Below are positions 48,201-59,477 of a DNA stretch of 64,000 nt, piece after piece (positions within the stretch are counted from its first letter, which is position 1; each line of letters opens with the position of its first letter). Position numbers and translations under genes: made by a program. The stretch comes from Lama glama. Its lineage: Eukaryota. The notes under the pieces are model-generated. The model had not been told where the DNA came from. It saw only the letters and a program-made list of their open reading frames with translations, and made no database searches. The stretch lies in the NCBI GenBank assembly GCA_028534125.1, contig CM052817.1, positions 71,116,001-71,180,000 of the forward strand, read 5' to 3'.

Positions 48201-51200
48201 GCCTCTCTTAGGTCTAGGCCTGTATCTCCAACGACATGTCCCACAGACCCCAATGCAGATGTCCAAATACAAAAGCTGGAAATCACCCTTAATCTCTTTT
48301 CTTACAGCGCCCCCTACCCCATCCCTCTCAAGGTCTGGCAGAGTGTGGCATGGGGTTGTGTCCTCCGTGCTGTTCATGGAAATACAGGACTGCAGCACTG
48401 GAGCATCAAGAATTCTCTTTTTTGTTCAAAATCCTTATTGAGGTACCAAATGATGTTATTCAGGCCCCCAAATATTTTTATCCCTAATAGCAGTTTGGTG
48501 GGGGGGGCAGCATCTTGGTTTAAGGGAAAATATGAAAGGATGAAACAAGCTAGGACTGGAAGTCTTTACACCTGCGTTCTTCCCACTGACTGCCATGCTC
48601 TCCAGCCCCCAGAACCAAACCTGCTCCCAACAGGCGCCCTGCATTCACTCCTCCATCAGCAGATACCTCCTTTCGCAGCTCTGCCCTGACTGGGTTGGGC
48701 CAGGGAGTAGCACATTCAGGACTGTGAGTCATTTCCAATGTCAATCCAAGTAATAAAGATACTGGGAACCTTTTTATGTAAAGAAAGAATTACTACCAAC
48801 AGCTCAAATTGCAACTCTGATTGTTCTCGATTCAAAAAGGACCTTTCCACTTACTGGAGACAATTACTTCTGAAATTGGCTTTAGTTCTTTCTAATCACA
48901 CACACAACCATGAACTTTATAGTTAAGACTATAACATAATCAGTCTTACCTGAATGATAAATATCTTGGGTTTTCCAACCAGGCTCTGACACCTGTCTCC
49001 TTTGAACAAGCCAGTCAACGTCTGAATTTCAATTTTGGCATCATATGCGTAGACGTGGTTGCCTTCACCGTGACTCAGGAAAACACACAAAAAGCAATCG
49101 GCATCTACATGGCTAGAGGTTGATGCTATAAAGGTGCCCAAAAGTTATTTAGAAATGATAATAAGATGCTTATTATCTACACATGAAAATTCAGTTTACT
49201 AATATTAGAGTAAAGTTGCATATATATGACTGGAGGGGGAAATTTTGTTATAAAATGAAATATAACTTATTTTAGTATTTGATCAAGCAATAATTTATAC
49301 CATACTGTATCTGATTTTTAAAAAATCTAAATGATTAAAGTTCAAAGTAACAGACTGAACAGATTTTGTTAGCTTTTCCAAAACACAGAATAATGATATG
49401 AAAAACCTAAAGGGATTATTATGGGGAACCCTCTTCAAGATCCACATCATTTTGGTAATACAAGTTCCTCTAAATCAGCAGAGAGTGTCTTAAAACAGCC
49501 TGGGAAGACCCAGAAACTACTAGTAACACCTCCCTATGTGGCACTGCACCTCCGAGGAGCGCAGCACCTTCACTGTGTGTCCTCAGCACTTAGAGCGTCC
49601 AAAAGAGTGTTGAGACAGGAGACATGTCCTCCAAAGCTTAGGAGCAAGGGAAGTAAAAACCTGCTAAGCAACCAGCTGAAATGATCTAGAGATTAAAGAA
49701 AAACTGATACGAGGTTCCTCAAAAAAACTAAAAATAGAGCTACTACATCCAGCAGCTCCCCTTCCAGGTGTTTATCTGAGGACAACTAATTTGAAGATAT
49801 AGGCGCCCATTTATTTGAAACACTAATTTTAAAAGGTACAGGCACCCATCTATTCACTGCAGCATTATTACAACTGGCAAGATATGGAAACAACCTAAAT
49901 GTCCATTGATAGATGAATGGATAAAGAAAATGTGGTGTGTACATATACAGTGGATTACCATTCAGCCATAAATAAATCTTGCCATTTGAGACAACATGGA
50001 TAGACCCTGAGGGCATTAAGCTAAGTGAAATAAGTCAGAGAAAGACAAACACTATATGATCTCATTATACGTGGAATCTAAAAACCGGCAAACAAAAGCA
50101 AGCTCAAAAACGCAGAGAACAGACTGGTGGCTCCTGGGGCAAGAGAAGGGGGTTGAAAGGTATAAACCTCCAGTTATAAAATAAGTCATGGGGACATAAT
50201 GTACACAGCATGATGACTGCAGTTAATAAGTACTATATTGCATATTTGAAAGTTGCTAAGAAAGTAAATCTTCAAAGTCCTCATCACAAGAAAAGAAAGT
50301 TTTTGTAATTATGTATGGTGACAAGTGTTAACTAGACTTACTGTGGTGATCATTTCCCAATGTATACTAATACCAATCATGTTGTACATCTGAAACTATT
50401 GTTACATGGAAAGATCAATTTCATTCATTTCTAGAGCAGCAGTCTGTAACTAGTGGTATAGAGACTAACTTTGGAGACATAATACTTTGCAAGGGTCTCT
50501 GAGAGGCACAGAGGAAGGGCTCAGCTGTCTTGGAAATTTTAACATGTCAAATGCAGACATTTAATATATATATTTGGACTCTGTTCTAATTGTTTGACTC
50601 TACTTATACTCATTCAACTCCCCTCATTCCTCCTTATGGAACTTAGTGTTCTTTGTGTCAAGGACCATGTCTTGGTGGTTTTTGTTTCTAAGTGCTTAAT
50701 AAACAGCCTGGCCTATAAACATGTGGGTAACATAATCAGAGAAGCATAACCAAAACCTATAACCCATGCTAAATTAACTGACAAGACTTTCTTACAACAC
50801 AATTAATTATTTGGACCTGTCTTTACACATAGGATAATTAAAAACTACTCAGTCCCATCATAGGAAGATTTAAATAGGAAATGTACTTACCCTCATGAAT
50901 TTTGAGCAGTAGTTCTTCTGCTTTAAGATCGTTAAAGCATTTCACTTCAAATCCTAGATCTGAAAACCTGGTGACAAACTGGATATTAGCTTATGAGCTA
51001 TTCAAAGCTATCACAATACCCCTACTTAATTTGAGGAATCTACACTTTTTTATGATATATAAATTGACCTTTAGGGGAAAAGAAAGAAATCAAATATGCC
51101 AACAGTTTTCCTTGATCACCCACAGGAGGAAGGGATTTATTCATGATCACTGATTTAAGTTAGAATACTGTCATCTACTCTATAGATACATTTATAACAA

Positions 51201-54200
51201 TGAAAAGACTTAACATTTAATAGAACAAGATTAGGCAGAAAATTCAGGCAAGTTCTTGAGGGAGGCCCAAGTGAGGTCCATCCTCAAATGCTCCTGCTGT
51301 TATTTCATTGGTGCGGACAAGTTTTGATAAGTAGTCATCACTTAATAAATCTCCCCAGCTTGATGTGCAGAGAAAGCTGCACTACCTGCGCTGAAGATTG
51401 TCTCTATCGGCGCTGGTGCCCCTCCTGTCCGGCAGCATCAGGTGCCAGAAGAACCTCTCATGATTAAAGATTAAGGCAACTCCTCTCCTCTTGTGGTCCA
51501 TTTTGTACTTTTCTGCTGGATCAAACATTTCTCTGTTTATGAAAAGTAAAAAAGAACCGATCACTCTAAGTCACTAAATAATGAGCTCCTCCAAACCCAA
51601 GGTCGATGTGTGGAGTGGAGGGAGGTCCGCTGCTTCTGCCTCTTCTGCCTCCTCTGCAGGCGGACACGCCACCGGCAGGGCCCGGGAAAGCCTCACTGCC
51701 AACCAGTAAGGAAACTCTGGAAATACCTCGGTACCAGCTGGTGAACAGTGGCAGTGCTGGGCGCTCCTACCCAGGCCCCAGCCCTAGCTCCCGGGCCTGA
51801 GCCTGGCTGATTATCAGTCTAGGTCCCTTCACAACCAGGGCAGCACATCTACAGAGCGATTCTCCCATTGCTAACACCTGATCTAGCTCCCAGGACCCTT
51901 TCCTGCTTTAACTGCTGTAGGCTGATCATGACCACCAAAGGAAAAGACCTTTATTGGAAAAGAGCATATTTTTACCTCTTGGGGAAGGCGTCCGTTTCTG
52001 TCATGTTTTGTTCTTCACCTGTTAAAAAAAAAAAGTTGCTGTTTATTAATTAACTTACTTTTTGACTCATGATTTTAAAACATGTTAGGAACTCCTAGCC
52101 ACCTTGACTCCCATAATACCCTTTCTGTTTTGGTTAGTTTAAAGGTCAAAGTTTGTGAGAAGAGGTAAGGAAGAAGGAATAATAATAAATAAACCAACCA
52201 TAAATTAACAGCTCAGTTCTTTCTCATCCCTAACTCTTTACCTGCAAAATAGCAAAGTACATTATAAAGAGAAATGGAGAAAATATTACTGAAATACATT
52301 CATTGCAAAATACACCTAGAGTAACAAACATAGCTGTGTGATCACAGAGGGCAAATGAAGTATGAAATTGCTTTATTTTGTAGAAAACGCTTTTGCAAAT
52401 ATTCTCTGAGTGAAGGAATTAAATTAAAGAGGAGAACTGAATACAGTATGTAGTTATTACTGGAATACCTGGCTGCCTGGCAGAGGTGGACATTTGATGG
52501 AGGAAGGGAAGGGGCAAAGTTTCAGATTTTCATCTCATGAATGACATGTGCACTCATGACCCTGTAAGGGGACCCTCTGCTCCCAACCTGCAATCAGACT
52601 TGCTCATCCCCAAGTCAGCCTCTCACTGAATTGAATCCCTCTCTACTTCCTGGAACAATACTGTGCAATAGAACTTTCTGGAATGACAGAATTCCCTATA
52701 CCAGAGCCACTGGCCACATGTGGTCTTGAGCACTGGAAATGTGGCTAGTACAACTTGGGAACTGAATTTTTAATTTATTTCTATTTTAATTTAAATAACC
52801 ACATGTGTCACAACATTGTAAACTGACTATAACTCAATAAAAAATAATAAATAAATAACCACATGTGGCCATTGGCTTCAGTACTGGACACCACAATGAA
52901 TCTAGCATCTTCTACAATGAGGGCCCATATGCTCTTGAATATGGTTTTACCTGATAAACTTCACAGCTTAGAGGGGAGGGGAGAGAAGATAATGAATAAA
53001 CAGAAATATTCAGAGTACAGCAAGATGCACCTCTCACTTGAGGTCTTTGAAGGAAGCACGATGGACCCCAAGGGTGGACTCCTACCCATTGTCTCCGAGC
53101 CAAGGGGCCGTGTTCTCTCTTCTTGGAGTCTTCCTCACACCTGATTGTTTGAACCTCACGTCTCCTCACTGGCAAAAATCCACCCAGGGAGGGAGGGTGA
53201 GATGAGATGGGGAGTTCAACCAAGTGCCCTTTACCAGTCACTCTCAGCCTGTTCCCCCTGAAATCCACCCAGCATTCAGACCCAGCCAAGACCCCACAAA
53301 GGCATTCCCCTCCCCCCGTCCAATGGGCCCCCCCCCATCAGTTTTCTTAACCTTTTGCATCAATTCCTGGACTGGACGATAAAATGCAGATTCCTTGATC
53401 CTAACCCAGACTTACAGAACCAGAATCCTGGGAGAGGTGGCAATCTGCATTTTTAACTAGGTGATTTTTACTCACACCCAAGACGAAGAGTCAAAGGCAG
53501 CATCTCTAATGGATCTTCCGCACTCTCCCAGGTTTCTGTGCTACTCCACACACTGCTCTACCAGAGACGCTTCCCCCTCCACACCCTGCTTTACGAGGGG
53601 GTACGTCCTACCAAGCACTGCTCTACCCGGAGACTCCCTGCTGCACACACTGTCCTACCAGGGACAGCACTTACTCCACACGCTTGATACCAGAGGTCCT
53701 TCCTACTCACTGCTGCACAGGTCATGCTTCCTAGTAAGGCACACCCCTACTCGGGATACTGACCTGGTGAACACAGCGCTCTACCGGGGATACTTCCTGT
53801 TCCACACTGTCACGCCCAGAACACCTCCTCCTCCTCGCCCCGTTCTACACGGTTCCTTCCTACTCCACACAGCGCTCTACCAGGGGTTCATCCCCCTCTC
53901 CCGACCCTACACATTACCTTCCCCGGAATTCTTTCTGTTCCACACACTGCTCCACGGAGGACACGTCCTTCTCCGCACCTGTTCCACCGGTGACACTTCC
54001 TCCTTCCTCACTGCTCCCCGACGGATACCTCCTCTCCTTCCTACTCCACACACCACTCTACCCGAGATGCTTCCTACTGCACCCTCTGCTCTCCCCGGGC
54101 CCTCGCTCCCTCCAGTGTCCTACGTGGGTACTTCGACCTCACACTGCTCTATGTGAAGTACGTCTTACTAAGACAGGGCTCTACCCAAGGACACCCCTTT

Positions 54201-57200
54201 ACCTGGACACCTCCTACTAGACAGTGCTGTGCCCGGGGACACCTCCCTATCACACACGATGCTCACCAAGGATACTTCCCACCCCACATGCTGCTCCACG
54301 GGGATCCGTCCCACTCCGCACACGGTCCCCTGGGACACCTCCTACACCGCTCAGTGGAGGACACTTCCTAGGAAGACTCTCCTCTACTCAGGGACACTGT
54401 CCTACTGAGCACACAGCTCTCCCAGGTTTACTTCCTACTCTACATACTGCTCTACCCCGATGACTCCTATCCCATTAACCCCTCTACCCGGAACACTTCC
54501 TACTGTTAGAGCAGGAGGAGAGCTAGATATGAGCAGAGAAAGGGGACACAGACCAAAGGGCAGTAAATGGGCAGAAAGGAGGGGCACAGGCCAAATGCAG
54601 GAAACTAGACATCATGTAAGCACCAGGGGTCCCTGGCAGAGAAAGAAAAGCAGGAACCTCTGGGCTGATAAGTGGTCACACCTTTGGGGGTGGTAAGTGG
54701 CTCGAGGACAACAAAGAAAGGTGGGAAAAGGCAGGAATCTCCAGTGTCCGAATGTTAACCTTTTGCTCGTTATGCCCTCATTTCAATAAAATTAGCTTTG
54801 CAGATTAGAAGTACCCATCATGCACTGATGCACCTTGACACTTCTGATCCAGACTAAATAAGGACAAAAATCCCTTCTCCCTTTGGGAAGGTGGAGTTGA
54901 GATGAAAATCAGGGAATATGACCCCAGACCCTTCCCTCCCCAATGAATATTCCGCCCACTAATTTTTACACCCTATCTAACCAACTTGCCAAAGAAACCC
55001 AGGGCAGCCACTCACCTGAGCCTGCCCATTCTCCCCTTGAGTGTACTATCCATCCTTCAATAAATTCCCACTTTATTTTTTTAACCACCACATCATTTCT
55101 GAATTCTTTCTGGGATGGGACAAGAACCTGGAACACCAGTTACATTCACCGGTAGCACTACAACACACACCGACACACCAGGGTAACCTAGTCCACACAC
55201 TGCTCTCCTGGGATACTTCCTACTCACGATGCTCCTCTGAGGATAATTCTTATTCCACACACTGTTCACTGTTCCTCCTGGGGTTACTTCCTACACACAC
55301 GCTGTTCTAACTGGGATTCTTCCTACTCCACAAACTGCTCTTCCCTGAACACTCATCGCAGAACTTGCCTACAGAGGTTACTTCCAACTCCCCATGCTGC
55401 TCCACTGCGGCAGTGCAGGGATTTCTCTCCTTCCATTGACAAAAGCATTCCAAGATCTACCTCCTTTTAATAACATTCTTCCTTATCATTAAACCAACTA
55501 TGCAATAAAGAAACAGAATCACTCAAACTAGACACATTATATCCATATCTGAAAGCCAATCACCTTCACCTCTCAAGAATCCGCAAGGGTTGGAAAGCAC
55601 GTCTCTTTTGCGATGCCCAAAGTAGCAGGAGACCCAGCAGTTCACTTTTTGCAGCCTTTGCACCATACTGGCTAGTGAGCTTGAGGCAGCTTCAAGTGTA
55701 CCCGGCGGAAGCTGTGCCCAATAGCCTGTCACCAAACTAATTCAAGTTCTTGATGGTGGAAGCACTGGAGACGTACACTTAATTGGGTCTTCACAGTTCC
55801 TTTCTCATAGTCTGAGGAAGGAGCTTCACAGTTCTCCCAGCTGGGTGGAATTTAAGTAGTGCATTTGGGTTGTCTCAAATATTGCCCCCAGCTTATAGAT
55901 TTTGGAAAGACAGATAATTTTAAGTAGCTCAAGATTAATCTGTTTTAAATGACATTCAGTTTCAAAGTTAACAGATACGACAATCTCAGTGAGGCATTTT
56001 TTTAAAGTTGTTTTTTTTTTTTTTCTGTTACTGTTAATACGATGGATGCAGAAAGAAACTGGGCTCTGGTCCTCGCAGCTTCTAACCTTCACTTAATACA
56101 AATAAGGCAGGCTGTATCCTGTAATACCAATTACTGACCATTCTGTTCTAAGCAATTTGCTGAATCGGAAGAGAAAGCTATGGAGACGGACAGAAACTGC
56201 AGTTCCAATACTCTTCTGGAGCTGACAAATTTTCCCCAACTTTCAGAGAAAATAACCTGTGACTCTGTCGTGGTCACTTTAAACTGTAGGCACCCAGCAG
56301 ATAAGCTTTCAGGAAGGGTGTGCTTTAAGGAGTGTCATCATGAATACAAAGAAACTAGCTAAGAGGTTACAGAGCTTTGTTGACATGAAGAAAACATTTA
56401 ATTGGCAGGGTAGGGGTGGTTAATAGCTAAGTGGTGGAGAGCATGCATGCCTGAGGTCCTGGTTCCCCAGTATCTCCATTAAAAAAAAAAAAATCTTAAT
56501 GAGGGAGATAGCCTATATAACATATATAATATATTATCCTTATATAAGGATTTATAAACTCCTGTTCATTTGTAATCTACTTATCAAAAATGACTCCGTT
56601 ATTAAACCTGACTCTTGACTTCTCACTTCTGGCCTCGGATTTAAGCAATCTTTCCACCATAATGCAACCACCACCTTTGCTCCTTAAACCAGTTAATTTT
56701 TACAAAACCAACCAATCACTCCCTTTTCCTCCACATAATGTAGGAAATGATAATAATAATGCCTCAGGCTACCATCTGTGGATGGCGTGGTACTTTAGAT
56801 AATTTTATCTCACTCTACTCCACACTCCTGAGGTAGGGAAAGTGCCAGAGGCTTGTCCAAGGTCTGTGTCATGGAACTGGGGCTGAAAGAGATTCTGCCC
56901 GTAGACTCCAGTCTCTGGACTCCGGGTCACCATGCTAAAACCGCTCCCACCAGAGACCAGCAACCTTTTTAAACTAAGTGTTCATTTCTCCAAACTTCTG
57001 TATCTACTGTCATTGTCTTCATTCATTGCAGTATTTATGAAAATCTAGCTACATTGACTATCAACAATTTGTTTAATAATCCTGTATTAAGTGACTCATA
57101 TCAGGCCTGGAATACCCTGGAAAAGGGGTGGGTTGGAGAAAGAAAAGGAAGGGAGCAAGCAGGAAAAGGACTGTGATGAAAACAACGGAGGGGGGTGTGC

Positions 57201-58163
57201 GGTGACTCGTAGTCCCTGCAAGGCTTCCCCCCTCTCACACGGGTTCCGAAGGGGAAACGGCCACCAGACAGACAGTGCGCTGCCTGTTGTCCAGGGCAAA
57301 GCCATTTCCTGAACGACCCATGGAGACTTCTACAACTTGCCCCGGGGAGCAAGGCTTGTTTTCTGCAGCAAAGTATAAAAAGCTCTGAAATGAACGCATT
57401 CTCCCTCGACTGCTAGCGCTTCGAAACCCCTCCCCCGCCGTCGCTTTCCCTCCCCACGCCCCATGGCCGGCCTCAGAGTTTCTAAACCTTACCAGTAATA
57501 TAATTAGCAAGTGAGAGGGAAGAACGTGCTAAAGCATGCGTTTAGGAGTTGATTATTTTGTAGAGAAAAGTTGTTGCGGCTTTAACTCAAATTCACGAAT
57601 AGCTGCAGGTTTCCCGGACGCACACGAGCCACGCGGGCTGTGCAGCGGCGGAGGGCCCGGCTTCTGTCTCCAGGTCCGGTGCCGGCAAGCCTCTGCCCCG
57701 GCACTCCCGCAGGCCCGTCACGCTCCACTGTTACCGCATGTTACCACTTTTTACTTAGAAGTGGGAAAACGAAACGAGATACAACCGCCCCAAATCAGCT
57801 TTTACTATGACCAGGTGCAGGAGACGCCAAGACCCATCAGGCCGGCCTTTTAAAGTTTAAATACCCCGACGCCGGGAAAGAGATCAGCGCCGAGAGACAA
57901 AGACGGCCGGGGCACGCCCCAGCGCCGGGCGCCGCCAACCAGGACCGCAAGGAGGCGGCGGCAAGGTCCCCGAGCTGTTTTTCTGAGCTCCGAAGCTAAG
58001 CTGTCCCCAGGGAAGCTGGGCGCTTCCCTCCAAGACTCTCAACTTCTTCCGGCCGCCCAGCAAAGCCAGAGGAGCCCGCGTCCCCACTCTTGCCCGCGCG
58101 CCCCCTCAGTACCCGCCGCCTACCTGCACAGCCAGTCCCTCGGAGCTCCAGCGCCGAGCTCAT
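45040..58163 (-). CDS. CASP6: Caspase-6, complete CDS in 7 exons (58163-58124, 52018-51976, 51532-51386, 50967-50891, 49125-48950, 46059-45900, 45278-45040; 882 nt, 293 aa)
   Basis: All introns are GT-AG and in frame. Prodomain site TETD|A, catalytic His in LSHG, catalytic Cys in QACRG, linker sites DVVD and TQVD, RKVS regulatory serine, C-terminus [17 protein letters not shown]. Confidence 0.98.
45900..46059 (-). CDS. CASP6: CASP6 exon 6 (160 nt, catalytic Cys and intersubunit linker)
   Basis: [53 protein letters not shown]; cgcag| and |gtgtgt. Confidence 0.97.
46610..47468 (+). mobile_element. MLT1-type MaLR LTR split by Tigger1
   Basis: aatgtgactatatttggagat ... tttctgttgtttaagccaactagtctgtg | Tigger1 | ctttgttccggcagccctag..taataca. 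Confidence 0.75.
46964..47433 (-). mobile_element. Internally deleted Tigger1 DNA transposon, TA target site
   Basis: Ends acctcagagatactgcagatctggttccagaccaccgcaa and gcaatgaagtgacgtatgcctg|ta resemble Tigger1 termini. Confidence 0.8.
48950..49125 (-). CDS. CASP6: CASP6 exon 5 (176 nt, catalytic His)
   Basis: [59 protein letters not shown]; tatag| and |gtaag. Confidence 0.97.
49705..50410 (+). mobile_element. L1 3' end in CASP6 intron 4, with a small internal duplication (~49786-49860)
   Basis: aaactaaaaatagagctac ... ggaaacaacctaaatgtccattgatagatgaatggataaag ... catgttgtacatctgaaact. Confidence 0.85.
50891..50967 (-). CDS. CASP6: CASP6 exon 4 (77 nt)
   Basis: [25 protein letters not shown]; ccag| acceptor and |gtaagt donor. 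Confidence 0.96.
51386..51532 (-). CDS. CASP6: CASP6 exon 3 (147 nt)
   Basis: [52 protein letters not shown] boundaries. Confidence 0.97.
51976..52018 (-). CDS. CASP6: CASP6 exon 2 (43 nt, [15 protein letters not shown])
   Basis: poly-T aacag|GT ... AGAG|gtaaaa; contains the TETD prodomain cleavage site. Confidence 0.95.
52650..52890. mobile_element. MER3/MER5-like MITE carrying a 44-bp L1 tail (52808-52851) with a 16-bp TSD
   Basis: TAAATAACCACATGTG at 52792-52807 and 52852-52867 flanks cacaacattgtaaactgactataactcaataaaaa. Confidence 0.8.
53520..55410. repeat. Degenerate ~33-bp tandem array (consensus ~CTTCCTACTCCACACACTGCTCTACCAGGGATA), interrupted by an LTR at 54504-55157
   Basis: Recurrent ttcctactccacaca..ctgctctacc..gga units at e.g. 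~53541, 53857, 54038, 54432, 55217, 55319. Confidence 0.85.
54504..55157 (+). mobile_element. Solo ERV1-like LTR (654 bp) with 4-bp TSD CTAC
   Basis: TGTTA...TAGCA termini; CTAC at 54500-54503 and 55158-55161; AATAAA at 55059-55064 before a U5-like end; internal direct repeats in U3. Confidence 0.85.
56407..56493 (+). mobile_element. Degenerate camelid SINE
   Basis: tagctaagtggtggagagcatgc ... gaggtcctggttccccagtatctcc plus A tail. Confidence 0.7.
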
Positions 58164-58570
58164 GTCGGCCGAGGGCGCAGCACTGACTCCCGGACCGGCC
58201 TCAGCTTCCTGCAGCCCCGGCCGCAGCCCCCGCCCCTTCCTCCTCCCACTCCGCCCCCGCGCCCGTGCTCCCTGCCCGCCGCCCGCAGCCCCCGTGGGCT
58301 GGGGGTTTGGGCGTGGCCGCGCCCCGGGCGGGTGCCTGCAGCCGAGTTAAGGCCGCTGTCCCTCACTCGGGGCTCGCGGGGTCAGGGCCTCCGGGGAGGC
58401 AGGGGAAGCGGACGGCCGCTTGCCGCCTGGAGAGGTGCCAGTTCCTATCCCAAGAACAAACGGCCCCGGGGTAGGAGGCGGTAGGCAATTTCAGATCACC
58501 TGCGGGAGCGAGGGAGGGCCCGCTCAAGCCCCGCCCCAAACGTTTGCTCTTCCCGACTGCCTCCAAGGTA
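57390..58570 (-). promoter_or_regulatory. CpG island / TATA-less promoter and first exon of CASP6
   Basis: Dense CpG and high GC around the ATG; several GC boxes (CCCCGCCC, e.g. ~58228, ~58529). Confidence 0.85.
58124..58163 (-). CDS. CASP6: CASP6 exon 1 coding part (40 nt, [14 protein letters not shown])
   Basis: gccgacATGAGC inside a CpG island; donor GCAG|gtaggc; the phase matches exon 2. Confidence 0.9.
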
Positions 58571-59207
58571 CAGGGGCTTGTGAGTGCTTTCCTGTTTCTG
58601 CGTAGTCCTTTTCCCAGTGCGAGTTACTTCATAGGACTTGTAATAGTTTATAATAGTTTGCAGTATTTTAAAACGCCCTTTGTATAGCGGATTCGAGCCA
58701 AAGTAAACTAGAACAACGGGATTTTCAAGTCTGGCTTTCACAGGGAGAGTTAATTCGGGGCAGGAATCATACAGAAACTCAGAAAGCGGATTTTGGGGTC
58801 TACAGATTATGGCTTTTATTGAGCCGGAGTATGTTTGTTCCATTGGATTGTTCCTCTTTGGGTGATCGGGTATTGTGTAAATTTACTTCAATGAACAAGT
58901 CCGAGATTGGAAGAAAAGGCGTCCTCCTCTTTTGTAACTCCTCTGGGCCAGCATTTAAAAAGTAACCAACATCGGACTAGGGGAAAAAATGTGTTAAGGC
59001 ACCGTTTGTTTGTTTGTTTCTCTCTTTCCTCTCTCTCTTTTGGCACAGTTTCTAATACATTACAATAAGTACAAGGGATCAGTCTTCTATAAATATAAAT
59101 ATTGCTCTATTATTTGGGAGAGGAAATATAATCTAACTTGATAACTTTCCCTACGTGTGCTTGTGGTTCAAAAGTCTTGCTTGTTCATTGAATAGAAAGT
59201 GGAATCA

Positions 59208-59332
59208 GCAGGGAGGATATAGCTCAAGTGGTGGAGCGCATGCTTAGCATACACTAGGTCCTGGGTTTAATCCCCAGCACCTCCTCTAAGACTAAATTTA
59301 AAAACCTAATTACCTCCCCCTTAAAAAAAAAT
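59208..59332 (+). mobile_element. Camelid tRNA-derived SINE with TSD GTGGAATCA
   Basis: A/B boxes; TSD at 59199-59207 and 59333-59341. Confidence 0.85.
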
Positions 59333-59477
59333 GTGGAATCAAAGAAGGACTTTACTCACACCATAGCAATTACTGTTCATCTCACTGTACACAAACTATT
59401 TCAAGAATCACTGTCTTAGTAATTTATTCTGCAGTGAAGACATGGAGTATCAACATCTCCCTCATTTTGCACTGCAG

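Noticed and set aside
48144..48689. 181-aa ORF antisense in CASP6 intron 5
   Set aside because: Overlaps L2-like decayed sequence; no domain or splice evidence.
53461..54156. 231-aa ORF as a novel antisense gene
   Set aside because: GTG start, low-complexity P/T/L/H content, and fully explained by the C-rich 33-bp array; no splice or domain support.
53520..55410. CRISPR-like array
   Set aside because: Eukaryotic intron; the units are contiguous and degenerate, with no unique spacers and no cas genes.
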